From the NCBI GenBank assembly GCA_950097015.1, contig CATNEN010000002.1:2418001-2482000 (forward strand): a stretch of DNA of 64,000 bases, given 5' to 3'. The translations under genes were made by a program, and so were the position numbers. Numbering within the stretch: the stretch's first letter is position 1; the number at the start of each line of letters is the position of its first letter. The DNA is from Macrostomum hystrix (taxonomy: Eukaryota > Animalia > Platyhelminthes). Shown piece by piece: positions 13,404-24,244 of the stretch. Under the pieces are notes generated by a model. It worked only from the letters and a program-made list of their open reading frames with translations, did no database searches and had not been told where the DNA came from.

Positions 13404-13604
13404 TGCTCATTGTTTTCCGTTCTGTGATCGATCGATAAACTCGAAAGATTATAACTAATTTGCTATCGGAACTATTTTGCCTGTCTAGCCATGTCAAGCC
13501 CTTCGAAGCAAGATTAATTGCTGAAAATGCTTGTGTCACCTAACAGTAAAAGGATTAAGAGGGCATATCAAATACTCTTTCTTTTCTTTTTCTGTATCTC
13601 CTAA

Positions 13605-13720
13605 AATATTCAACCAATCACCACGAGAATCCAGCACACGGGCTAAAACTGTCCTAAAATTGATGGTAAAACATCGGCATTGTAGAGCTATGTCGTCGGG
13701 TGTCTGGTGGCATATCTTAG
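13605..13720 (+). repeat. Dispersed repeat family copy (related copies at ~39020-39260 and ~50950-51200)
   Basis: Shared motifs CAACCAATCACCA...GGCTAAAA...AAAACATCGGCAT...TCGTCGG..GT.TGGTGGC in all three loci. Confidence 0.65.
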
Positions 13721-15638
13721 GCAGTGGGTATTTGAAACAGCCTGATGGTATTTTCTTAGAAAGAAAACAAGCGCAGTCAATCTAGTGTTAAAGAACGTTG
13801 AAAAAGATGAGAAGAAAGTTGCCGGTTTTAAGATGGCAAAAGCGCCCTGACTTTTTGTTATACTGCTGTAGAGAGACCAAAATTTGCACGATTGTACAAC
13901 CCGATGTCTTTCAGAATAACTCGTGGGTTTTGCTTTAGTTAATCCGGAGAAAAATCACAACTAGACCAGCGCCAGCTCGGGATTAAAGTAATTAAAGTGG
14001 ATCGGGCTCGAGCAGATCTGAGTAGTTCTGATTGGGCGTCTGATTAGATTTGCCCAGTTTCATGTTAGTCATCCTTCCTGAGTGATCCTAAGCCAGAGTT
14101 GAGCAATTTCGTTGTCCTTGAGTAGGATTTCTCTGCTAGAGAAATTCTCTGCTAGGATTTCTCTTCACAATTCACATTCGTTGGACGATAAAGTGCCTCG
14201 ATTGTTTAATGCTCGTTTCATTCTTATCACTGATTTCTGTCTCGTGATCGAATAAGCTTGATTCACATGTACTCTGTGAAACTTAATTTAGACTTAGCTG
14301 CTCCTGCTAAAATCTTTATTTTTATTCACCTGAACCATAGGTGATTTTTATTTTTTGACCATCAAAACATTGTCAATACCATGTCCATTTTTTCTCATTT
14401 TTCCCCGAAAAGTCTGTCCTTCACCAATGGTTACGGCTCAACCAATCAGTAATAAGTAGGGGTTAAAAATACCCCTTTCTTATCTGCGATTGGCTGTGCT
14501 GCCGAAGCTTCATGCAGCTGTTTTTACAAGAGAAATAAGGGGCTGCATGAAGGGGGTTGTTAAAGCAGCCAATCAGCAGTTAATAAAGCAGTTAACGAGC
14601 CTTGAATCTGTATCATTTAAACTAATCGCTATTTTTAGACTTAACTACAGTCCACCAGTCGTTTAGCTCCAAAAATGTTGGCGTGTACGCAGATTTTGTC
14701 ATTCAAAAAGTTATTTTATGTTTTCGCTACCAAACTATTAGTTATATGATTGACAATACTCCAAAAAGTTTATGCTCTTTTACATTAGAAGAGCAATGCA
14801 AACTTGTACACAGTTTTACCATTTGTACACCCATGGATGCTTACTCTAAGATATAGTTCCGTGATTTCTTTCTCCGACACCAATAGTCAGTAAGTTTTTA
14901 CTAAAAACCCTTTCGAACACGTGAAAACTGATTTTATAACGACTCATATATGACTCAACTATGCAAGTTTGCTCACCATGAACGAATAACTTGTCATTCT
15001 TGTTACTCATACTCATTGTTTCCATACAACTTTTACTTATAGAACGTAGTTTCAAAAATTAGGAAGTAATCATTAGCTATCCAGTGTAATCAGCCAGTGC
15101 ATGAGTAACTAACTAGTCACGCAACCTGTTTCTCTTTTCTCACACAAGTTTTCTCGAACCGCGCGCCAGAGTTTATTTTTCTTCTGTTCAAAAGAAGCGG
15201 CAAGAGAAGCGGCTAGTCTCGGTTGCTAGCATTGACCATGCACACAAACACTGCGACAAAGCTTTCAAATATAGTTCTCATCGCTCCGCTTGCAGTTTAT
15301 TGTAAAACCAACGCCACGTCTCACAATTTTCTAGCTTGGAATTTTTATAAAATCAAAATAGTTTTTTGCAAAGTATGACTGTGTGTAGACAGTAAATTAT
15401 AACTTACTTTACTTTACTTTACAAAAACTTTTTTGCCTATAAATAATTATCGAAGAAAATTTGAACCAATAAATAGGACGTAAAAGACAAAAGACAAGCC
15501 ACATTAACAGAACTGTACCTGTAGATGCGCTAATCGAAATTGCCGAGGAGCTGTGTACCATTAAACAGCATGACGAGAATAAGCTCAATATTTAAAGCGT
15601 TTTTATTCTAAAAAGAGCTCGACTATTTTCAACAAAGA

Positions 15639-17063
15639 TCACTCGGGCCGCAGGCTCCGTTCCGTCACCGACACGAAGACGCCCGAGCAGCGCACGGACC
15701 GGCCGCTGTTCCAAGCATAGCTCGCTGCCTTCTGCAGTGCCGGACGCGGACTCGCGACTGTCGCAGAGCTAGCACAGGCCACCCTGGCGAACACTCGCAT
15801 TCCTTGTCGTAGAACCCGAAGCAGCTGAGCTCGCACAGCCGGGCGACCAGCCAGGACGCTCTTCATGTCGATCACAGATTGACCGCGACGAAGACGACGC
15901 GTGCAGGAGGCGGAGATGACCCGGCCGAACAGCGGGAAGCGTCGGGCTCCTGGACGAGGCTGCACAGCGACCTCGACAACGTGTCCAGCGCCTCCATCGA
16001 GTGAGCTGCCGAAGCGGCTCAGAAGCGATCGACGCACCGAGCCGCTGCCGAACCGTCGCCATGTCAACCGAGAGACACTGCCGGGCTGTCCGACAAGTCG
16101 CCATGGAGACCAGCTGAGAGAAGCCAGCGGAGCGGGAAGATTCTTGTCAGAGCAGGTCTCTCGACGAACTCTGACTGCTTTTTCAGACGTCGGAGCCTTG
16201 ACAGCTGAAGCTGTCGTTCGTCTCACGGCCGCCTTCTTCATTGCGGAAAACTTTGCATTTGACTTCACTGCCGCCTTCGCTGTAGCCTTGGCCACCTTCC
16301 TACAGCTCGATAAAGTCTTTGCAACTGGCGAAGAACCGCCGCTACTGGCGATCACCGTGGCATCCGATGAACGTCGCACGAGTCCAAGCATCGCGCTCAC
16401 GTCGCTCGACAGAGCCGCACCGTCTCTCGCGCGAACCTCTTGCTCGTAGCGGTCGCGAAGGACGTCGGTGCCGCCCTCTCTGTATGCGATGGCCATGAGG
16501 AAGTCGCGAATGCCTCGGAACTCGGCCAGCGGCAAGCGCAGACCGCCAGACGTCCTTGCAACATGCTCCATGAAGGCCAGAGGAGACGAGCTTCTGTCAC
16601 ACTGCACACAATACACCGTCACTCCGAGCTGTTTCAGCAGGTCAGTCTCAGCCTTCCAGTCGATCTTGTACTTGTTCCTTTCGCTTTTTACCTCGTGTGG
16701 ATACGAGTCTCCGACCAGCACGAGGGCACGGCTGCTGTTGCGTCGCCAGGAGAGTCGGGTCCGTGCCTGCTGCAGCACCAGCTCGTAGCACTCGGGAGCG
16801 TCACCGCCATGTGTGTTTTGCACATTCTTTACAAACTCGACCAGGTCACTTGTTGGTGTTCCAAAGTCTCTGATCTCAGTCTCATAGACGTCTCCATAGT
16901 CTCCGTGAGCAATGAGAGCGATGCGCAGATCCGGTATATCGGTACTCAGTCTCTGCAGCATCTCGGCAATGTTATTGCGCACCTCATTGATCACAGATGA
17001 CATTGAGCCAGTCGTGTCGAATGAGAAGGCCAAGTCGAGTGGCATCAGACCAGAGTGATCCAT
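15639..17063 (-). CDS. vWA-domain protein with K/A-rich linker and degenerate GIY-YIG-like C-terminus, copy A (474 aa)
   Basis: MIDAS-type DLAFSFDTTGSM, GGDAPECYE, LVLVGDSYPH; intronless ORF; TATA and Inr-like TCAGT upstream. Confidence 0.88.
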   Translation of the reverse strand: MDHSGLMPLDLAFSFDTTGSMSSVINEVRNNIAEMLQRLSTDIPDLRIALIAHGDYGDVYETEIRDFGTPTSDLVEFVKNVQNTHGGDAPECYELVLQQARTRLSWRRNSSRALVLVGDSYPHEVKSERNKYKIDWKAETDLLKQLGVTVYCVQCDRSSSPLAFMEHVARTSGGLRLPLAEFRGIRDFLMAIAYREGGTDVLRDRYEQEVRARDGAALSSDVSAMLGLVRRSSDATVIASSGGSSPVAKTLSSCRKVAKATAKAAVKSNAKFSAMKKAAVRRTTASAVKAPTSEKAVRVRRETCSDKNLPAPLASLSWSPWRLVGQPGSVSRLTWRRFGSGSVRRSLLSRFGSSLDGGAGHVVEVAVQPRPGARRFPLFGRVISASCTRRLRRGQSVIDMKSVLAGRPAVRAQLLRVLRQGMRVFARVACASSATVASPRPALQKAASYAWNSGRSVRCSGVFVSVTERSLRPE

Positions 17064-17172
17064 TTGGAGTCAGTGGCGGTTTCGGTTTTGAATGTTCACG
17101 ATTGTCCGATAAGCTTTTTTAGGTAGCGTTCTGCTGTTTGAGTTAATGACTGAACTGGGAACTATCTTCGTT

Positions 17173-17217
17173 CTTATATAAGCATTTCTGCGCGAAATTC
17201 AGCGTGTGGCTACACGC
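17173..17217 (-). promoter_or_regulatory. TATA box (TATATAAG 17173-17180) plus palindrome GCGTGTGGCTACACGC (17202-17217), copy A promoter
   Basis: TATA lies 14 nt upstream of the inverted-repeat arm start; palindrome lies 21 nt upstream of TATA. Confidence 0.6.
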
Positions 17218-17295
17218 CGCCCGACGGCCTGGCCCACACGAGGTCAGCTAGCACGCTTGAAACTAAAAATAACTTCACGTACTTTGCTTACTACT

Positions 17296-17315
17296 TTGCG
17301 TGTGGCCACACGCAA
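17296..17315. promoter_or_regulatory. Perfect 20-bp palindrome TTGCGTGTGGCCACACGCAA
   Basis: Self-complementary; third copy of the promoter motif. Confidence 0.55.
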
Positions 17316-17391
17316 GGCCTTAGACACTTCTCTTGTTGCTTACAGAACTTGTGGAAGCAAACTCACTGTACTGATCTCTCAAAAAGACAGA

Positions 17392-17590
17392 GAATGAGAA
17401 TGAGAGATGAAACAGAGGAGAGATGAGACAGCGGAGAGATGAGACAGCGGAGAGATGAGACGGAGGAGAGATGAGACAGAGAAGAGATGAGACAGCGGAG
17501 AGATGAGACAGCGGAGAGATGAGACGGAGGAGAGATGAGACAGAGAAGAGATGAGACAGAGGAGAGATGAGACGGAGGAGAGATGAGATG
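17392..17590. repeat. GAGATGAGACAG(C/A)GGA minisatellite in the spacer
   Basis: Directly visible tandem units. Confidence 0.9.
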
Positions 17591-17775
17591 TACCGACGAA
17601 TGTACTCAGTTACAATAATTGTGGATACAATAATTCTTGCTACAATAGGTGGGCATGTGATGACAAGCGGATCGCGGGCTCCCTCCGAAAGCGAGATATT
17701 TTTAGAACATAGAGGACGCATTTATAAGTACAATGAGGGAGGAGGGGAGGGTGAAGCGCGAGCAATTCGGTCTTA

Positions 17776-17820
17776 GCGTGTCGCCACACGCGGAATCTCA
17801 CACGACATCGTCTATATAAG
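17776..17820 (+). promoter_or_regulatory. Palindrome GCGTGTCGCCACACGC (17776-17791) plus TATA box (TATATAAG 17813-17820), copy B promoter
   Basis: Same 21-nt palindrome-to-TATA spacing as copy A; TATA lies 15 nt upstream of the arm start. Confidence 0.6.
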
Positions 17821-17930
17821 CAACACTAATCGGCACCAGTTCAGTCATTAACTCAAACAGCAGAACGCTACCTAAAAAAGCTTATCGGACAATCGTGAAC
17901 ATTCAAAACCGAAACCGCCACTGACTCCAA

Positions 17931-19355
17931 ATGGATCACTCTGGTCTGATGCCACTCGACTTGGCCTTCTCATTCGACACGACTGGCTCAATGTCATCTG
18001 TGATCAATGAGGTGCGCAATAACATTGCCGAGATGCTGCAGAGACTGAGTACCGATATACCGGATCTGCGCATCGCTCTCATTGCTCACGGAGACTATGG
18101 AGACGTCTATGAGACTGAGATCAGAGACTTTGGAACACCAACAAGTGACCTGGTCGAGTTTGTAAAGAATGTGCAAAACACACATGGCGGTGACGCTCCC
18201 GAGTGCTACGAGCTGGTGCTGCAGCAGGCACGGACCCGACTCTCCTGGCGACGCAACAGCAGCCGTGCCCTCGTGCTGGTCGGAGACTCGTATCCACACG
18301 AGGTAAAAAGCGAAAGGAACAAGTACAAGATCGACTGGAAGGCTGAGACTGACCTGCTGAAACAGCTCGGAGTGACGGTGTATTGTGTGCAGTGTGACAG
18401 AAGCTCGTCTCCTCTGGCCTTCATGGAGCATGTTGCAAGGACGTCTGGCGGTCTGCGCTTGCCGCTGGCCGAGTTCCGAGGCATTCGCGACTTCCTCATG
18501 GCCATCGCGTACAGAGAGGGCGGCACCGACGTCCTTCGCGACCGCTACGAGCAAGAGGTTCGCGCGAGAGACGGTGCGGCTCTGTCGAGCGACGTGAGCG
18601 CGATGCTTGGACTCGTGCGACGTTCATCGGATGCCACGGTGATCGCCAGTAGCGGCGGTTCTTCGCCAGTTGCAAAGACTTTATCGAGCCGTAGGAAGGT
18701 GGCCAAGGCTACAGCGAAGGCGGCAGTGAAGTCAAATGCAAAGTTTTCCGCAATGAAGAAGGCGGCCGTGAGACGAACGACAGCTTCAGCTGTCAAGGCT
18801 CCGACGTCTGAAAAAGCAGTCAGAGTTCGTCGAGAGACCTGCTCTGACAAGAATCTTCCCGCTCCGCTGGCTTCTCTCAGCTGGTCTCCATGGCGACTTG
18901 TCGGACAGCCCGGCAGTGTCTCTCGGTTGACATGGCGACGGTTCGGCAGCGGCTCGGTGCGTCGATCGCTTCTGAGCCGCTTCGGCAGCTCACTCGATGG
19001 AGGCGCTGGACACGTTGTCGAGGTCGCTGTGCAGCCTCGTCCAGGAGCCCGACGCTTCCCGCTGTTCGGCCGGGTCATCTCCGCCTCCTGCACGCGTCGT
19101 CTTCGTCGCGGTCAATCTGTGATCGACATGAAGAGCGTCCTGGCTGGTCGCCCGGCTGTGCGAGCTCAGCTGCTTCGGGTTCTACGACAAGGAATGCGAG
19201 TGTTCGCCAGGGTGGCCTGTGCTAGCTCTGCGACAGTCGCGAGTCCGCGTCCGGCACTGCAGAAGGCAGCGAGCTATGCTTGGAACAGCGGCCGGTCCGT
19301 GCGCTGCTCGGGCGTCTTCGTGTCGGTGACGGAACGGAGCCTGCGGCCCGAGTGA
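17931..19355 (+). CDS. vWA-domain protein with K/A-rich linker and degenerate GIY-YIG-like C-terminus, copy B (474 aa)
   Basis: Differs from copy A by one residue (SSRRKV versus SSCRKV). Confidence 0.88.
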   Translation: MDHSGLMPLDLAFSFDTTGSMSSVINEVRNNIAEMLQRLSTDIPDLRIALIAHGDYGDVYETEIRDFGTPTSDLVEFVKNVQNTHGGDAPECYELVLQQARTRLSWRRNSSRALVLVGDSYPHEVKSERNKYKIDWKAETDLLKQLGVTVYCVQCDRSSSPLAFMEHVARTSGGLRLPLAEFRGIRDFLMAIAYREGGTDVLRDRYEQEVRARDGAALSSDVSAMLGLVRRSSDATVIASSGGSSPVAKTLSSRRKVAKATAKAAVKSNAKFSAMKKAAVRRTTASAVKAPTSEKAVRVRRETCSDKNLPAPLASLSWSPWRLVGQPGSVSRLTWRRFGSGSVRRSLLSRFGSSLDGGAGHVVEVAVQPRPGARRFPLFGRVISASCTRRLRRGQSVIDMKSVLAGRPAVRAQLLRVLRQGMRVFARVACASSATVASPRPALQKAASYAWNSGRSVRCSGVFVSVTERSLRPE

Positions 19356-19904
19356 TCTGCTGTGTGCTACAGAAAATCCTGATGAGACTTAATTTGTGTT
19401 AATATATCTTGTTTAGTTGCACGTAAAATGGCTCTGTACTTCGATTTAGAGTTCTTTTTTGTCTTTTTTCTATTGTGTTTTGGATTCTGTAAATTATTCA
19501 TATCCTTAGACGTAGTTTTTTTTCGTGATTTTTCCCATCACCAAGTAATTGAATAATCTGCTAATACAATGTTAGTTGGACCGAACTACAGTTTAGAAAT
19601 TTCCATTAATTTCTACTTAGTCTGGCTTTTGTCAGGTTTATCATTTTTAGTATGTTTTTAAATAAAATTTACGAAATGCACTCTCACATTTAATAAACTG
19701 CAGTCGCCGACTTTTTTAGTTCGAAAGAAACTATTTATTTGAGTTCTCTTGGTTCTGTTAGTGTTGAAAGTTTAAGAGAAACGTCAGATTATATTTTAAA
19801 ACTTCATAAGATGTGATTGGAGCTGTAAACTCAATAGTCAGGAGTCCATCTTACAGACTTATTGATTCGATTTACAAATTGCCAACTCATCTCAACAGAA
19901 AATA

Positions 19905-21516
19905 TCAATCGTCAAAGACCTGCGGCTCATCCAGACGACTTTCTTCTAATTCTTCTTTGAGGGTGCCCCTGGATTCCACAGCCAGACAGGCCAGGTCTCT
20001 TTCATCCAGCTGAAATTTCTCCCTAGCAACATCTGCAGCTGATGCGCCCAGAGGAAGGTCTGAGCTGCCTGCCACCGCAAGGGACACCGTTGACGAGTCC
20101 ACTTTAAAGCTGTAAAGAATTTCGTAAGCGTAACCCACAAAAATATTTTCCTTTTAGTTTCGTAGCTAAATTAAATTTTAGCTGGCTAAATTAAAAGCGA
20201 ACGAACCTGCAGCAGAAGACGCTGCACATCTGCTCCAAATTTGCGGCCACTTTCGGTTCGGTTGGATCTGCGAACTCGCCGTTGCTTGTTAATCCGCGCC
20301 ACAGTTTGACGCAGTCGTGCTCAGCCCACGATGCCAAGCAGCGATCGTTTCGACTCCAACGCAGACCGATGATCCAAGACTCATGCCCGGACTCCACTGA
20401 CATTAGCCGGACTAGAGCGTCATAGTCGGCCACCGTCACTCGGCGATCGTGACTTCCTCCAGTTGCTAGAATACGCGACAGACGCGCGAAAGCTAGGGCA
20501 GTCACTGGCGACGCGTGGGCTCGGTACACCAACAAGTTGGACGATGAGGAGGCTGAAGATGATGCCGGATGAAATGTGGCTCGACTTTTTAAACGACGGA
20601 TAATGCTTCGGCAGCTAGCCGCATGAGAAGCCGCAGCTTCAGAGTCCGCTGGCTGCCATAGACAGGTGAAAACTTCTCCGCTAGTTGTGCCGACTGCCTG
20701 TGTCGGTGAGAATCCGTATAGAACTTTTACAACATTTTTCTTATCTAGTAATATTAGTATGAGCAGAAAAATTCTGCAGCAGTAATTATTTATTACAATG
20801 ACTCGCTTGTCAAATGAGATTGTGCACGACAGACAGGGCCGTTGCAACCGTAGGCGGTACAGAGATTTCTCCTCCTTAAAGAAAAAGTATAATAATATTG
20901 TGAGTTTAGTGCTTTGTATGTTATACAGTTAGAAAACAAAATATTTCCATGATGAAGTCTCACCTCAAGGCTGTAGACAATGCACGCTCCGCATGCAGAT
21001 GAGGAAACCATTAGCTTGGAATCTTCGGATATTTGCACCGAGTGCACAAGATTTTTGTGACCTTCAAATAAATTGAAGTACGAGTATCATTGTAATATTT
21101 TTGCTTAAAACTTCACAAATCGGAGCTAAGACACGCACCAATCACTACTTGCTCTAAGTAGGCAGTTCGAGTTAAGAAGTTCGCGAGAGAACCGGTAGCT
21201 CGACCCACCGAGATCCATTTGGAGTCTGGCGAGATGGCCAGGGCAGTGACGCAGCCTGTGAGTGCGCGAAAAAAACGTTAAAACTGCACGAATCGTTCTT
21301 TGACCTGATTAACTAGCTAGCAAACTTACCTGAGTGGGAGGGCTCCAGGTCAGCGACTTGTCGCTGTTTGACCACATTGTAGATTGACACAACTCCGTCT
21401 TCGAATCCAAGAACAAGAATTTCGAGATCGTCGGAAAATGTGGCGCATGCAATCTGCAGTGATGTACAAGCAATCGAGCTCAGCATGTCGTTATTATTTT
21501 CGAATGGACCACACAA
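19905..21516 (-). CDS. WD40-repeat protein (multi-exon; 5' end not resolved)
   Basis: Exonic WD40 motifs: LVLGFEDGVVSIYNV, CVTALAISPDSKWISVG, GHKNLVHSVQISEDSKLMVS, AHASPVTALAFARLSRILATGGSHD, GHESWIIGLRWSRNDRCLASWAEHDCVKLW. GT-AG junctions, e.g. donors GTAAGT near 21328 and GTGAGA near 20964. Confidence 0.75.
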
Positions 21517-23649
21517 CTCCTAGCAGTAGCGCCATTCGCTTATAGGCGAAACCAAGACTATGCTATGCCTGCCGCCAACGCCCATGCAATACACAATCTA
21601 TAGCATGCCAATTATTTGTGTACTTCGGACACACATAACTGCTGATGTAATAGCAGTTCTATCTAAGATACACATGCTCACAAATTGGGGTACTCTGGCT
21701 GTACTTTCAAAAGTTCAGGCATTAACTCACCTATTGACTTCAGAACTCAGCCCCAATGTGGGATAATTTTTATAACAAACTAGCTTTTCTGCGCACTTGT
21801 CTCCTTCCTAAAAATACAAACTGTTGTCTATTCGTGGCTACTTGTATGCAGTAGTAATTGTTAGAGTTGCAAAAAGTAATATTTTGTTAGTTCTGGGTAA
21901 ATTACTAAATATTCTGAGACGGAATGTAATTTATACACTACACTATGCTCTTCTCCGACTTTTGCATAAAAAGATAGGAAGTTGTGGTTAGCAAGCAGGA
22001 AATAAACTATATACCTATAAAAATGCAAAATACAATAGCTCTAGTTTGGTCTAACACCTTTCAGAATGAAGCTGTCTAATTACTTTAAAAGGAAAAAATC
22101 TAACATATGGTTTGTAATAAATTACTGTATACATAAAAGTAAAAATAAGGTTCAAATTTCAAAGCAGGTTACCTCTTCTTTAACATCTTGGTGAAAGATT
22201 TCTACAAGAGTACCCATCTGCCAGTTACACAAAGAAAACATTTGGTATATTTAATATCAACTGACATGTCCAAAGACAAAAGTTTCAAACAAATGTTCAA
22301 GATAATGTCAGAATTGAGTTCTGAAACAGCAGCTTGATGTGAAAGTTTCAGAGATGCATTGATGATTGATCAATATATGAGACTTTATCAAGTTCTAAGC
22401 AGACTTAAGTGTGAATGATCGAAAATTTTATAAAATTAGGAAAAAATGTAGAAAATATGCAATAGAGCAGTTTCTGATCAGTAAAAAAATGACAAGATGG
22501 CAACATAATTTTTATTGATCAATGGCTGCAACATAACTCATTTTGCACATAGCCTTTGTTAGTTAGCTTGTCACTAACAAATTTTATTATTCAGACAAAT
22601 ATATTTCTAGCCATGCATACATTATCTATGCATCTATGTCATTATTAACATTTTTCTGAAAATGCATGTATGTAAGCATTTAATTTGAAACATCACATCA
22701 CACGTGATTTATTATTGATGGGTAAAAACGAAAATTAAATTCAAGGTAAAATCTTCAACCTCTTTCTTGAAACGCACACATTAACGAATCTTTACCTCGC
22801 TCAATGCAACCTTTCCGCTGTCGAAGTTAAGAGATCTTATCGCATTTTAGAAATCATGAGCTGAACGAATAGTGAGCTCTTATTGCATTTTATAAACAGG
22901 TTGCAAGATTCATTAGTCAAATTTTTGGTATCACCTGTAATGATATTTTTTTTAAGTTTGCAAAAGACAATCTAGAATTACAATAAGCAATAAAATTTTG
23001 ATTTCGTAAACACTAAATTTTATGCTTTTGTAATTAATGAACAATCAATTACGTAAATAGTTTTGTTAAAGTGCGCATTAAAAGAGCACTATTTTAGATT
23101 TTTTATATATCGTGCTCGAAAGTTTGATGAAGTCTCTGCGACTGCAGGGACTTCATTCTATAATGAAGTCTGCAGAGTACTAGACTACGAAACAGAGTAT
23201 TTTCCGCAGTGAAGGAACAGTTTCGATTGATCGTCGTCTCAAGAATTTAGCTGGAGGAAGTGGATTTCGCCTTTTGCTTTTAATTGCTTTTGGCTGACAT
23301 TTAACTATAATGGACTTCTATCCATTCTGTTAACAGGCCGAAATTCGAAACCCTCGGCGCGAACAAAGTCCAATTCGGTTGCCTTGGTAACTGGCAGCGC
23401 AACCCGATCGCTGCCTGACATAAGCTGACAGTTGGATTTCCATAGCAAACTGTTCTCGTGGAGGCGCACAGCTCCAGGCCCGCCTCTTCAGAATGGCACA
23501 TCGTGCATATGCTCGATGAGTACCGAGTAAACTCCATGGCTGGCTTCGAGATTTTCTATTATAGCGCTTCTATGACTTCAACTTAAAGTAGCTTACTGTA
23601 CAAAACTTTCTTACTGTCTTTAAAAAATGTAGGTTTTCATTGTCGCTCA

Positions 23650-23817
23650 GTCTCGCCGTCTCACAGTCTCACAGCCTATTGCACAAGTCGCGAGTGTGTG
23701 TCCCGGTATAGAGATGGGTCGCACAAAGGACACAAATTGCTCCAGTGGAGTCAGGAATCGAACCCCCGACCTCAAGTCGTGAGTCCGACGCTCTAACCAC
23801 AAGGCTACAGCCTCTTT
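23650..23817 (-). mobile_element. tRNA-derived SINE family 1 copy
   Basis: GAGGCTGTAGCCTTGTGGTTAGAGCG...GGGGGTTCGATTCCTGACTCCACTGG contains A and B boxes; acceptor and T stems do not pair, so it is not a functional tRNA. Confidence 0.75.
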
Positions 23818-24244
23818 GTCAGATGCAATGCTCAATACGTAAGTATTGGAGTATTGGAGCTCGATACTTTTTAGGATATGAGCACGTGGTAATTCTTTCA
23901 AGTCCTTTGTTTCGATGCATATAGTCCGATACTGTTCTTTTTCCGATTTTTATTTGAAGTTTTTGAGTTATTATTCTCAGAGTAACTTATTCTCGATAGG
24001 CTGATCTATAAACCGCAATCTCTCTAAATGACAATTTTGGGCCTATTATATTTTCTTTCACTTCTGCCAGATCGGAAGAGAAAAAAAGCAAAAAGCGTAT
24101 CGCTTACCCTCTGAGAGCGGTTACTGCTTATTTTTTTTCCTAACGACCAACCCAAACAAATCGACTGTTTTTATTTGAGCTTACGTTCAGTAGTAATTTG
24201 GATTTTAATTAAGCCTCGTCCAGCGTCCAGGCATTGCGAACACG

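Larger units (their letters stand above)
15636..19358. repeat. Large inverted repeat: arms 15636-17158 and 17836-19358 (1523 bp each), 677-bp spacer
   Basis: The arms are reverse complements (paired coordinates sum to 34994). I found only two substitutions: GCA/GCG (Ala, silent) and TGT/CGT (C/R). Confidence 0.95.

Noticed and set aside
15769-19225. Overlapping alternative-frame ORFs inside the vWA genes
   Set aside because: These are shadow ORFs of GC-rich coding sequence, mirrored by the inverted duplication.
22150-23537. Candidate 5' exons of the WD40 gene
   Set aside because: The segments I tested contained stops or could not be joined in phase with confidence.
23745-23817. tRNA-Val-like gene (also at 28691, 45165, 49860)
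   Set aside because: Acceptor and T stems do not pair, and the heads continue into shared SINE bodies.
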